Assembly (NCBI GenBank): GCA_050011875.1
Contig: JBEKIG010000005.1
Location: 1 to 64,000, forward strand
Direction of reading: 5' to 3'
From: Nitrososphaeria archaeon
GTDB taxonomy: Archaea; Thermoproteota; Nitrososphaeria; JACIWG01
DNA: 64,000 bases
Shown: positions 1-9,248 of the stretch, piece after piece
How positions within the stretch are numbered: position 1 is the stretch's first letter
Layout: every line of letters begins with the position of its first letter
Notes under the pieces: generated by a model
The model's input: the letters and a program-made list of their open reading frames with translations, nothing else
What the model was told of the DNA's origin: nothing
Database searches by the model: none
Made by a program: the position numbers and the translations under genes

Positions 1-515
1 GTAAGGACTTGAGCTATAGGGAAAAAGGGAAGCAGCTTGGAAGGAGCAGTTACAAGGCCTGGGAGCTTATATCACCGTACGAAAACCATCAGCCAAAGAT
101 CACGCAGGTCGCAGAGCTAGACAAAAGGATAGCTGAATTAAATACGAAGGTAAACGAGCTCAGCAAAGTGACCGATGACTTAAGCGCCCAGCTTAAAGGG
201 GTGAAGACGATAAGGGACCTAAGCGAGAGGACGTCACGGATTGATGAACAGCTTAGAGGGGTTTTGGATAGCATCGATCTTATCGGCTTCGGTGCCTTGC
301 AAAAAGTTTCTGACACAGAATATGGCTGTAAAAAAGTGGACAAGGACGGCTTCTGCATAAAATGGGATTGGACCCCTAAGTTAGAGGGACGTACTATGAA
401 ACAGGTAAACTCTGGGGACAAGGTCGTAAATTACTTGAATGTGAAGGAGTATCCGCTAGCATGTGCTGCATGCTCATACTTCGAGCAAAGAGGAAAAAGT
501 AAAACAGAGACCTGA
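1..515 (+). CDS. HTH + coiled-coil + Cys4 (putative Zn) protein, 5' end outside window; paralog of 9359-9925
   Basis: Near-identical to 9359-9925 over GRSSYKAWELISPYE.HQPKITQVAELDKRIAEL; C-terminal CxKxDKDGFC...PLxCxAC. Confidence 0.8.
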   Translation, partial: KDLSYREKGKQLGRSSYKAWELISPYENHQPKITQVAELDKRIAELNTKVNELSKVTDDLSAQLKGVKTIRDLSERTSRIDEQLRGVLDSIDLIGFGALQKVSDTEYGCKKVDKDGFCIKWDWTPKLEGRTMKQVNSGDKVVNYLNVKEYPLACAACSYFEQRGKSKTET

Positions 516-662
516 AGAATCTATCGCTAAGAGGATGGCTAAGTAACATATGATGTATACTGGAGACTATTCTACAATGTTTCCTCAAAAGATGAATAGA
601 GTATTACATAACATATTCCAATTAAACGTGCCCACGGTCAACTTGGGGTCTTCTTGTAAACT

Positions 663-790
663 ATAGCTCTAGCTTTCTAATTAAAAGAAGCTGGGTTCGT
701 CGTACTAGACGACTTGATGGCTAGAAACATTTTTAGAAGGTTGGGTGTAGGCAAGAGGCTTACTGGAACAATAGGCATTCTAAAGTTATG
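663..790 (+). pseudogene. DUF3368/COG2405-like PIN protein fragment
   Basis: Manual translation IALAF*LKEAGFVVLDDLMARNIFRRLGVGKRLTGTIGILKL shows the DD..AR and GT.G.L motifs; internal stop, no start. Confidence 0.65.
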
Positions 791-849
791 CTTTTTCATT
801 TTTAACTGTTTCGCCAGATTTGACGTATGAAAAGTCTATTGTAAGAAGG

Positions 850-880
850 TTTATTAATCAGATAGAATTATTTTCTGATT
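850..880 (+). promoter_or_regulatory. TATA box with overlapping inverted repeat (likely AbrB operator)
   Basis: tttattaa at 850-857; aatcaga...tctgatt inverted repeat 856-880 upstream of the antitoxin. Confidence 0.5.
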
Positions 881-891
881 GTGAAAAACCC

Positions 892-1119
892 GTGACTGAA
901 AAAGTGAAGGTTGGCATACGTGGACAGGTGGTTATCCCAAAGAAGCTTCGAAAGAAGCTAAACATCGAACATGGCGTCATCCTGGAAATCGAGGAGGCGG
1001 AAGAGGGCCTCATCTTAAAGCCCGTTAATCCGGTTGCGGAAATGAAGGGGTTAGGGGAAGGCGTCTTCGAAGATCCTGTTGAATACCAGAGGAAGCTTCG
1101 CAAGGAATGGGAGACCTGA
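892..1119 (+). CDS. vapB: AbrB/MazE/SpoVT-family antitoxin (VapB)
   Basis: KVGIRGQVVIPKKLRKKLNIEHG motif; overlaps the PIN gene; GTG 892 preferred over 820. Confidence 0.9.
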   Translation: MTEKVKVGIRGQVVIPKKLRKKLNIEHGVILEIEEAEEGLILKPVNPVAEMKGLGEGVFEDPVEYQRKLRKEWET

Positions 1120-1538
1120 AGTGGTTGAAAATAGCCCTAGACACAAACATCCTCATCTACCTTCTCGAAGGCATCGAGCCTTACGCCAGCAAGGTTGAAA
1201 ACCTCCTAAGCTCATTCATGAAAGGAGAGAATCACGGAATAATCTCAACAATAAACGTCGCCGAAATCCTGAACGGTTTCTATAGGGCAAAGGAAGAGAA
1301 AAAAGCGGCAAGGGCGAAAACCCTCCTCCAAGATTTAGCCATTAACGACTTCGAAATAGTCCCTGTCACCTTTGAAATTGCTGATTTAGCCGCACGCCTA
1401 AGGGTAAAGAGGGGAGGAAAACTGCCTGAAGCCCTAATTGTAGCAACAGCAATAAACCAAGCAGCCAGCCTTATCTATTCCCAAGACGAAGACCTCCAAA
1501 GATTCAGCGAAGACATCAAAGTCTCAAAAATAGAATAA
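1107..1538 (+). CDS. vapC: PIN-domain toxin VapC
   Basis: LDTNILIY, VAEIL, LPEALIVATA, YSQDED. Confidence 0.9.
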   Translation: MGDLKWLKIALDTNILIYLLEGIEPYASKVENLLSSFMKGENHGIISTINVAEILNGFYRAKEEKKAARAKTLLQDLAINDFEIVPVTFEIADLAARLRVKRGGKLPEALIVATAINQAASLIYSQDEDLQRFSEDIKVSKIE

Positions 1539-1628
1539 CACCACTTATTGTCACTTCTAACTTATGTTACCCTAAAGTGGGAGATCGATTCTATCCTAAC
1601 ATTTACCAGCAAATAGAACAGACGTCGG

Positions 1629-1859
1629 CTAAACTTCTTTAAGCAAATTCATGAACTCTTCTTTTGTTAATCCTGACTCTTTAATGATCTTAAAGAGCAA
1701 GCCTCTTCCTATTTCTTCTCCTTTATGAACTGGGATTACTATTGTTCTTCCATCATTATGTTTCAATATTACATGACTACCCTTCTGCCTTACTGGTCTA
1801 AAACCGATTTTAGTAAGAGCTTTTATAATCTTATCAGCTGAGGTTGGCTTTAGGCTCAC
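1629..1859 (-). CDS. hicA: HicA-family toxin
   Basis: GFRPVRQKGSHVILKH...IPVH..EIGRGLL. Confidence 0.92.
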   Translation of the reverse strand: MSLKPTSADKIIKALTKIGFRPVRQKGSHVILKHNDGRTIVIPVHKGEEIGRGLLFKIIKESGLTKEEFMNLLKEV

Positions 1860-2076
1860 TTAGCTTTACCTCTATAAACTGCACCCCGACAAACTTACTC
1901 TTACTAGTTGTGGGACCTTCAACTTCTAAGTAAAGGTCGACAGCCTCTTTAACTCTCTCCATAAGCTCATCCAAAGACTTAGCTTGAGTATGACAGCCTG
2001 GAAGCTCTGGAACAGATGCTACATAGTATCCATCTTCATCACTTTCAATGACCACGCTAAGCCTCAAAGTGTTCAC
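1834..2076 (-). CDS. hicB: HicB-family antitoxin
   Basis: DEDGYYVASVPELPGCHTQAKSLDEL. Confidence 0.92.
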   Translation of the reverse strand: MNTLRLSVVIESDEDGYYVASVPELPGCHTQAKSLDELMERVKEAVDLYLEVEGPTTSKSKFVGVQFIEVKLSEPKANLS

Positions 2077-2313
2077 CGTTTATTATAAAACTTTCATCTT
2101 TTATAAACTTTTTAGCAAAAGCTCGAGATGAAGTAACAAATTGTGGAAATCAAAGGGCAAATCAAAGGCGTCATTATTGTCCCCCATTATATGGTCGCAT
2201 ACCTATCAGCGCTATAGGTCCAGCAACAAGATATAACCTAAAAGTTTCCTATACACATCCAAATACATTTGCTTTAGATAAGGGACGGCTCAACTGCGAT
2301 GAATTTGATCTAT

Positions 2314-2359
2314 AAATTACATTGATCCTTAATATTCTGCAAAGGCGTTTAACAATCGT
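2314..2359 (+). repeat. 46-bp imperfect direct repeat, copy 1 (copy 2 at 3252-3297)
   Basis: aaattacattgatccttaatattctgcaaaggcgtttaacaatcgt vs aaattatattgattcttaatatgctgcaaaggtgttaaacaatcgt. Confidence 0.8.
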
Positions 2360-2416
2360 GTATCTAAAAGAAAACTTAAATCCTTCTATTATAATTATTA
2401 AAGACTGTGAATTTTT

Positions 2417-2644
2417 GTGAAGGTAAGTACAAAGGTCAAGGTTACAAAAGAAGGAGTTCTTATTCCTGAAGATCTTTTTAAAGAGATAGTGAGTGCACAC
2501 ATTAAGATGGAACAAATACTAGCTACTTTAGAGACCCTTGCTGATGAGGAAGCACTGAAGACCATTGAAAGGAGCAGAGAAGAAGTATCTAAGGGAGAGT
2601 ACGTTGAATGCTCGATAAATGAGTTAGAGACCGTTTTGAAGTAG
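2417..2644 (+). CDS. Putative antitoxin of the downstream RelE; paralog of 46942-47187
   Basis: ATLETLADEEALKTIERSREEVSKGEYV; directly upstream of a RelE-like sequence. Confidence 0.75.
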   Translation: MKVSTKVKVTKEGVLIPEDLFKEIVSAHIKMEQILATLETLADEEALKTIERSREEVSKGEYVECSINELETVLK

Positions 2645-2645
2645 G

Positions 2646-2895
2646 ATGCCCTACAAAGCTAGGTTCTCAAGAATATTCGTCAAGAAAGAGGAAAACCTAC
2701 CGGGCAACATTAAACAGGGAGTGATCGAAGCTCTAAGGAAATTCTTGTGAATCCTTATATTGGAATTCCACTGGTCGGGAATCTTTCGGGCTTATGGAGG
2801 GTAAGAGTTGGAAAATATAGGATTATTTATGAAATTGATGAAAAAGAGAAAATAGTTGTTTTTCACGATGTTGACTTGAGGAAGAGAATTTATTA
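2646..2895 (+). pseudogene. relE: RelE/ParE-family toxin, frameshifted near 2735
   Basis: MPYKARFSRIFVKK...IEAL, then in another frame EILVNPYIGIPLVGNLSGLWRVRVGKYRIIYEIDEKEKIVVFHDVDLRKRIY*. Confidence 0.85.
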
Positions 2896-2989
2896 AAAAG
2901 TGTGATTAGTCTTTCTGAGTTTCTGCAATGACTTGCGTTATCTGTTTAAACTAACTACGCACGTTAAGCTACTCCTTTCAGAAATCCTT

Positions 2990-3127
2990 GAGCGCGCGCT
3001 AGCGGCGTATGTCTGCAAGAAACTACCAACCCGGGCATTAATGATAATGGTTGGATCATTGATCATATCCTCAAGCATAAGGACCCTATATCTGACTCTA
3101 TCATGGAAGGAAGGAGGACTAAGATAA
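2990..3127 (+). pseudogene. C-terminal fragment resembling a TauE/SafE sulfite exporter
   Basis: LAAYVCKKLPTRALMIMVGSLIISSSIRTL; no plausible N-terminus. Confidence 0.45.
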
Positions 3128-3251
3128 TCCCGGATATATCTGATATGCCTATATCTTAAAGGATTGCGATAGGGCTATGGAGTACGAGACTAAAATGGCT
3201 TTTACCAGCCTATCTGACCTACCTTTTTATACTCCTTAATAACCTTAACAC

Positions 3252-3297
3252 AAATTATATTGATTCTTAATATGCTGCAAAGGTGTTAAACAATCGT
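3252..3297 (+). repeat. 46-bp imperfect direct repeat, copy 2
   Basis: See 2314-2359. Confidence 0.8.
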
Positions 3298-3311
3298 CTT
3301 CTGAGGCCTTT

Positions 3312-3635
3312 CTCTGGGGCTTTGTCAATATGTTGTGTCCCAGATGGCCGTCTGCGTCAACGCCTGCCATCAACGTTAGTCTTCTACCATCATCATCAAT
3401 CATCACCCATCAATCAGCGTTGATCATCCGCCATCATTTGGGCAATTGCCATATTTGACAATAGGGTACCCTATTTCCAGAAAAACCCCTGCTAAATGCC
3501 CCAGAGCAATATAGAAATAGAAAAATAGCATTGTACATGTGCGGATATTTTTTGGGTATTAGCCTTTTTTTGGACATCAGCTTTTTTGTCAAACATTATT
3601 ATAAAATGTTTTTATATAACAATAACGTTATTAAA
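3312..3635. repeat. Non-coding element with nested inverted repeats, CATCA array, 16-bp palindrome and an ATAAC/AAYGTT block
   Basis: ctctggggc 3312 / gccccagag 3498; aatagggtaccctatt 3460-3475; segments homologous to 42369-42396, 9249-9265 and 9308-9336. Confidence 0.75.
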
Positions 3636-3786
3636 TTTGATATTTCTCCCTAAAGTTAAAATCCGTTCGGTTGAAATCTGTTCTATTATGACGGTATGTA
3701 GTAAACGAGGTGCCGATAATCCTATAATTAAGGACTCATCCTGAGCGATTACAGCTCATCAAGGTTTCTCATAGGAGTAATTGTCT

Positions 3787-4293
3787 TCAAGCCTGCTTTT
3801 CTTCCCATTTCCATTCCAATGGATTCTCTACACCTATGAAGCTGTATCTTTTGAAGTGTCCTACATTCTCCGTCCATATAGTGTCAACGTTTCCCTTAGC
3901 GGTGTATGCGAGCACGCAATCGAATATGTCACCGTCAATAACAGACCGTTCCTCAGCCGACTCAAACGTCTCGCAATACGAGGCGGATGTTGGAAGCAGC
4001 TTTGTGATAGCTACGCTCTTGGCATAAAGCATACAGACTTCAGTGGCCTCACGTGGTGTCAGCGGGTTTTTCACCCTTCTCCCAGTCATGACCGAGTAGA
4101 ACTCGGACAGGTTCTGATAAGAAACATAAGCTTTGATTAAGCCGTTTATTGAAGCTTTGACGATGAGGGATGCCTTGTCATAATATTGGCTTAACCGGTC
4201 ATGTGCATAGCATAGGATCATGGTGTCAAGAAGGATTCTCTTTTGAGCATAGACGCTTTGCGAGGCATCCCTGTCGTTAACCAATATCCTCAT
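3787..4293 (-). CDS. vapC: PIN-domain toxin VapC
   Basis: LLDTMILCYA, QNLSEFYS, IFDCVLAYT, IWTEN. Confidence 0.85.
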   Translation of the reverse strand: MRILVNDRDASQSVYAQKRILLDTMILCYAHDRLSQYYDKASLIVKASINGLIKAYVSYQNLSEFYSVMTGRRVKNPLTPREATEVCMLYAKSVAITKLLPTSASYCETFESAEERSVIDGDIFDCVLAYTAKGNVDTIWTENVGHFKRYSFIGVENPLEWKWEEKQA

Positions 4294-4513
4294 AGATTTC
4301 CCTTCTGGTTAACCCCTTTGGCACGCCAATTTCACGAGCGTTCGCCAACGCATCAAGAATCTGCTCCTCAGCAGTTTTCCGTTTCAACTCAACCTTAAAG
4401 CTCTTCTTATCCAAAACCGCCACGGTTAACCTGTCCCCTTCCCTCAGGCCAATCTTCTCCTTAACCTCAGCCGGAACATAAATTTTCTTCTTGCGATAAG
4501 TTGTCTCAACCAA
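4277..4513 (-). CDS. vapB: AbrB-family antitoxin
   Basis: IYVPAEVKEKIGLREGD; C-terminal TRREIYED; overlaps the PIN gene. Confidence 0.85.
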   Translation of the reverse strand: MVETTYRKKKIYVPAEVKEKIGLREGDRLTVAVLDKKSFKVELKRKTAEEQILDALANAREIGVPKGLTRREIYEDIG

Positions 4514-4662
4514 CCCACATCACCTATTAACCAAATAATCAATTACCCATATATAAACGTACCCATGATAAAGAACCATTTTCATCCCTCATCACAGAAA
4601 CTACGTCGACCGAAGCTTGTATTCAGATGTACCAGGAAGATTATGATATATATGGTAAAAAG

Positions 4663-4699
4663 TTTATATAGTATTTTGGCAGTATGGCAATATGGTAAT
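4663..4699 (+). promoter_or_regulatory. TATA box plus short direct repeats (likely RHH operator)
   Basis: tttatata then tggcag/tggcaa/tggtaa repeats before ATG 4705. Confidence 0.45.
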
Positions 4700-4704
4700 A
4701 AAGC

Positions 4705-4983
4705 ATGACGCTACGGGTCCAAATCGACAAGAAACTCGAACAGAAATTTAGAGAACTTGCAATGAAAAGATTTGGCTATGCAAAGGGAGCACTAAGCAAA
4801 GCCGCGGAAGAAGCGTTTACACAATGGACCTCAATGCAGGAAAATGAAAAATTAAGCTTCGAAGGTGACCCCGTAGAAGCCATAGACGGCCTACTTTCAG
4901 ACGTCGACATAGATTCGGTTGAACTTCAACACGAAGCCAAAAAGATCTGGGCGATTAAGGTGCTCAAAAATGCTTCTGGTTGA
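4705..4983 (+). CDS. RHH-like antitoxin (VapB)
   Basis: LEQKFRELAMKRFGYAKGALSKAAEEA...DSVELQHE; coupled to the PIN gene. Confidence 0.8.
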   Translation: MTLRVQIDKKLEQKFRELAMKRFGYAKGALSKAAEEAFTQWTSMQENEKLSFEGDPVEAIDGLLSDVDIDSVELQHEAKKIWAIKVLKNASG

Positions 4984-5386
4984 CACCAACATCATTCTAG
5001 AAGTCCTCCTATCAAGAGCCAAAAAAGAGGAATGCAAGGAATTCTTGAAAACACTTGCGGATGCTAAAAAGAGTGGCATAGTCACAGATTTCACCATCCA
5101 CTCAATAATTGTGATCATGGGTAGCCTTAACAAACTGAATGAACTCAAAACATTCCTCCTGAGCCTACAAGCCTACAAAGGGCTACACATACACCATATA
5201 ACTATAGCAGATGAAGTAAGCGCTATAGAGATCGCGATCCAACAACACCTAGACATGGACGACGCCATCCAATACTCATCTGCTCTTTCAACAAATGCAG
5301 AAGCAATAATATCCTTCGACAAACATTTCGACGGCCTAAAAATACCACGGAAAGAACCACAACTAAATGGGAACCCAAAAGCGTGA
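4970..5386 (+). CDS. vapC: PIN-domain toxin VapC
   Basis: MLLVDTNIILE, LDMDDAIQY, ISFDKHFD. Confidence 0.9.
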   Translation: MLLVDTNIILEVLLSRAKKEECKEFLKTLADAKKSGIVTDFTIHSIIVIMGSLNKLNELKTFLLSLQAYKGLHIHHITIADEVSAIEIAIQQHLDMDDAIQYSSALSTNAEAIISFDKHFDGLKIPRKEPQLNGNPKA

Positions 5387-5425
5387 CGTCCTCCAATGGC
5401 TAAAGCCGTTGGCTTCCAACCTCGC
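5384..5425. mobile_element. IS200/IS605-type terminal hairpin remnant (PATE-like)
   Basis: gtcctCCAATGGC-taaa-GCCGTTGGcttcc resembles the GGC-TAAA-GCC hairpin ends of IS605/IS1341; no transposase adjacent. Confidence 0.55.
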
Positions 5426-5579
5426 AAACATTATTTACTTATTTCCAAGAGCTTGATCATACGAAAATTTTTAGAAAATGAAGGGGTATGGAATGTCTTC
5501 TTCAGATACAAAAAAGAAACTTAGGATTAGTCCTGACTTGCCCAAAAACATATCGTCACGATCGTCTGGTCCATTCCGA

Positions 5580-5876
5580 CTAGTTCAAGAACCCCTTTAT
5601 TCTGAAGCCGAACATCAGCACCATGAGCCAGAATCCGAACAGCATGACCGGCAGCGCATAGCTGCTATACAAGCCGAGCATCGCCAACCCTGCGGCGATT
5701 ATAGTTGCAAGGAGGAAGTTTGACAGGCCCCAATATATGTTGACCCTGGGCTTCGATTTCTGGCCAAACGGACTCCTAAAGATCTTCCCGGCAGCGCCGA
5801 ATGCGAAGTGCGGCATGCCGTTCCCGAGCAGGAATCCAATTATGAAATACCATATTAGGAAAAGCTCGAGTGCCAT
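5580..5876 (-). CDS. Small membrane protein, three predicted TM helices
   Basis: Hydrophobic segments; NGMPHF..G...FRSPFG. Confidence 0.75.
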   Translation of the reverse strand: MALELFLIWYFIIGFLLGNGMPHFAFGAAGKIFRSPFGQKSKPRVNIYWGLSNFLLATIIAAGLAMLGLYSSYALPVMLFGFWLMVLMFGFRIKGFLN

Positions 5877-5984
5877 TATATCACGCTTTAGTTATATCGT
5901 GGCGTTTTTAAATACTTCGATAATCTTGTTTGTCTTCACAAGATGTTCCTTGATGTCGTCTTAATATAATTTTTTGGATCTTTC

Positions 5985-6668
5985 TTATTTAATAGTAGTA
6001 GTTGTTGTAGTTGGAGTATTAGTAACAGTTGTCGTTTGTGTTGAAGTAATTGTCGATGTTACAGTAGACGTAATAGTAACTGTACCAGTTGTTGTACCAG
6101 TAGTTGGACTGGCAGTAACAGTTGTCGTCTCAGTGGTAGTAGTTGGTTGCGTAAAAGTTAGGATGATTTCTCCGCTGACCATTTTACTAGATATAGAAGA
6201 AAAGTTGTTGTCCAAGATCAGGTAATAGCTTTGGCCCGCTGGAAGCTTAAGGCTGATTTTCGACGTTGTAACCCGGCCGCTATCATAGTATACACTTGTA
6301 GTGTTACCGTTATACCAGTTATCGTATTGGGTGGTGTTCATGATATATACCTCGATGTCGTTTCCTGACCCACCTGAAGCAGTGAAATTACCGGTCACGG
6401 TCACGTTCATTGCACCGGCTGTAACGTTGAACGGGGAATAATCAAAATAGCTCGCATCAACGGATACTGAACCGTTAAAAAGGTAAACCGTAAAAACGTT
6501 TACGGTACTATTCCCATACTCCACAATTTTTTGTGGCAAAGGAGTAGTTAAAGCTGTTGTCCCCGTAAACACTGCTGCCAAGAATACAACAGCTATCGTA
6601 ATAGCGACAGCGATCAGGATAACAATTACAAATACCCGATTAATACCTTTTTTCTTTCTGAGGTACAA
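5985..6668 (-). CDS. Surface protein with pilin-like (class III) signal peptide, GOLD/emp24-like beta domain and Thr-rich tail
   Basis: RKKKG|INRVFVIVILIAVAI; GGSGNDIEVYIM...YYLILDNNFS; poly-Thr. Confidence 0.7.
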   Translation of the reverse strand: MYLRKKKGINRVFVIVILIAVAITIAVVFLAAVFTGTTALTTPLPQKIVEYGNSTVNVFTVYLFNGSVSVDASYFDYSPFNVTAGAMNVTVTGNFTASGGSGNDIEVYIMNTTQYDNWYNGNTTSVYYDSGRVTTSKISLKLPAGQSYYLILDNNFSSISSKMVSGEIILTFTQPTTTTETTTVTASPTTGTTTGTVTITSTVTSTITSTQTTTVTNTPTTTTTTIK

Positions 6669-6740
6669 CCGAACATAGTATTTTTAAACCGAAATATAAA
6701 TCATTGCGAATAAGGCCAATTCAAGCTTGCGTTATATAAC

Positions 6741-6791
6741 AACGTTTTTAGTATAACATTATTAATAAATAACGTTTTTAGTATAACATTA
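6741..6791 (+). repeat. 21-bp direct repeat x2 (30-bp period), ATAAC motif family
   Basis: aacgtttttagtataacatta at 6741-6761 and 6771-6791. Confidence 0.9.
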
Positions 6792-6839
6792 GTTGAATAT
6801 AAGGGCTCTCCTAACTTCAATGGGGTAGTTTTAATGCCC

Positions 6840-7105
6840 GGATGGATCATGATAGAGAACGACATGGGAGCGTCGATTTTCCTACATTAGATGATTATAT
6901 GATGAAGTATGGAGTATACAAAGATGGTAAATGAGAGTGGTCAGCGGAACCTTTCCCGCTAGACAAGAAAAAGATGGACGAGTTCAAGACAATATACTAT
7001 GATTTGGAAGGTCGGGATACCCAGACGGGATGGCCAACAAGAAATACACTAGAAGGTTGTGGCCTTGGATATGTAGCTGATGTCCTCGAAAAACAGGGAA
7101 AGTGA
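6840..7105 (+). pseudogene. Aldehyde:ferredoxin oxidoreductase C-terminal fragment
   Basis: LDKKKMDEFKTIYYDLEGRDTQTGWPTRNTLEGCGLGYVADVLEKQGK*; stops upstream. Confidence 0.75.
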
Positions 7106-7614
7106 CTTACGCCCTAAATAATAAGTAAAAGACTGTAGAGCTTTTGCTGAAAATGAACGGGTAGGGTATTGATAAAAAGAAACATTCTCGAAGAATTGTC
7201 CAGAATATGGTATACAAGTGAAGGGTTAAAATGTTGAAAGAAATATTGTTACATCGACTAGACCTGTTACAGTTCTTTGTCACATCTCTAGCTGTAGTTT
7301 TCACTCTTACTTCAAAGAAAACCGTTTTTAAAGCAACATGATAAATCATTTAAGTAAGCATTACAATAGAATAAGAAAATGGCATAAAGCGCTAAAGGAA
7401 ATAAACAAACTATGAAATGTGAGTTTTTGTTTTTGGAGCCTATAAAAACAGTTTAAACACCGATGAACCTGATTCTTGATTTTCAAATTGTCCTATTTAA
7501 AACGCATTCAACAGCGTAGGCATATGCCTGTTGCCGATGCATTTTGACCACTTAACCTTAGCCATAAAAATAATTTAAGAACGATTTTATAAGTGATATA
7601 TATATGCAATATAA

Positions 7615-8280
7615 ATGCAAGGGGACAGGTATGTCAGAAAGAGGGTTGCAGAAGGTGCTCTAATCGCGGTGGTAATAGTGTTAATTCTTGGAGAAGGATC
7701 AAACTACCTTTTTCAAAAAACGACACCTACCTACACAATAGTTACAGACAAGACAAGTTACGTTGTAGGTGACACGATAAGGTGGACAGCTTCAGGCTTG
7801 ATAAAAGGAGAAAGCTATACCGTTGGAGCCGACCTAAATGGGAACATTTTACAAACAGGTAGTTTTACTGCAACCGCAAGCACAGTGACAGGTTCTTACA
7901 ATGTAGGAAGTAACGCAGTCGGCGCAACGGAATTTATAATAGGACAGCCAACTTCATCAGGGGCAGTAGAGATCTTAGCCTCCACACCCATTTCTACCAA
8001 CACGATCTCAATAGTTACAGATAGGACAAGTTACGTTGTAGGTGACACAATAAGGTGGACAGCTTCAGGCTTGACGATAGGTGGAAGCTATTTCGTTGGA
8101 GCTGAGCTGAATAATAGCGTTTTACAGTCAGGTAGTTTTAATGCAACCGCAAGTAACATGGCAGGTTATTACAATGTAGGAAGTAACGCAGTTGGCTCAA
8201 CGAGCTTTATAATAGGGCAAGCTATTTCATCAGGCGCCATAGCGATCTTAGCCTCTGCGCCCATTACATTATCACCGTAA
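7615..8280 (+). CDS. Membrane-anchored protein with two tandem ~90-aa Ig-like repeats
   Basis: IVTDKTSYVVGDTIRWTASGL...ILAS repeated; N-terminal hydrophobic segment. Confidence 0.8.
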   Translation: MQGDRYVRKRVAEGALIAVVIVLILGEGSNYLFQKTTPTYTIVTDKTSYVVGDTIRWTASGLIKGESYTVGADLNGNILQTGSFTATASTVTGSYNVGSNAVGATEFIIGQPTSSGAVEILASTPISTNTISIVTDRTSYVVGDTIRWTASGLTIGGSYFVGAELNNSVLQSGSFNATASNMAGYYNVGSNAVGSTSFIIGQAISSGAIAILASAPITLSP

Positions 8281-9248
8281 GAATCATAAAGTTTATAATC
8301 AATATCGATAAAATCTTTTAATTTCTACTTTTTCTTCTTTGTTAGACTCCAGAATTGTAAATACTAGAAAAATAAGATGCTGATTTCTAGTACTTTTTTT
8401 CACATTTTTGGAATAATTTATTAATTTTTTCTCATATTAAATGTACTTTAAAAAATAAAATAAAATAAAATTCATTATCAACTCGGTAAAAAATATATGC
8501 TTACACGAATAATATGGCAAAAAAGTCTGAAGTCTGCTTTGCTATCGAGCATTAAATGGAAATCAGTTTAAAAAATTAAGGTGGGAAAATTTGCAAGAAC
8601 CTAATGCTGGAACTCATGATTCCCGGATGCTCCAAAAAGTGCAGTTTTTACCCTTAAGACGCATGAAAGCGGAAATTGAAAAAAAGTGGGAAACGAAAAA
8701 AATTTCTGCTTTTTCGGTTTTGAGCAAAAAAGTGAAAAAATAACTGAATCAGTAAACAGTTTTTTGGGGGCATGAAACGAGGGAGTTACCATTTTAAAAT
8801 ATCTGAAAAAACAATACGAAACGTTTCCGGCACGCAATCGACGTGCCATACCTCTTTCAAGTTTTAAAAACGGATATCTCAAAATAGGAAACAGAGGTCT
8901 AAAAAATATCCGATTGGGTAAACAGGGTAAAAAAATAAAATGGCTAGCGGTCACGAAAGTGAGCACCTTTTCATTCCTAAATTGGTTAATGCCACCATTT
9001 AGGTATAAATTCCACTCGGTCAACTTCGTATGCTTATCACTTTTTACTTTTTATAAAAAGTTCATAAAAGGCATGATTGCAGCAGTTTAATGGTAGCTTT
9101 AGTAAAAACAGGGGTTGACGCTGTTGAACAGGTTTCCAATATAACGTTTTCCAAAAAAAGGGTTCGAACGTAAAATTTACGCTCAAACGTCAAAGATATC
9201 GTGCGCCTGCTCGCACGATGCAAGGTCATGATGAGAGCCCCCGTACTG

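Noticed and set aside
600-5400. Integron cassette array
   Set aside because: Mixed gene orientation, no recurring attC hairpin, no IntI
7504-7540. Palindrome aggcatatgcct within caacag...ctgttg
   Set aside because: Single occurrence with no supporting context; may be chance or a simple operator
9150-9180. tRNA (GGTTCGAA T-loop-like)
   Set aside because: No cloverleaf stems around it
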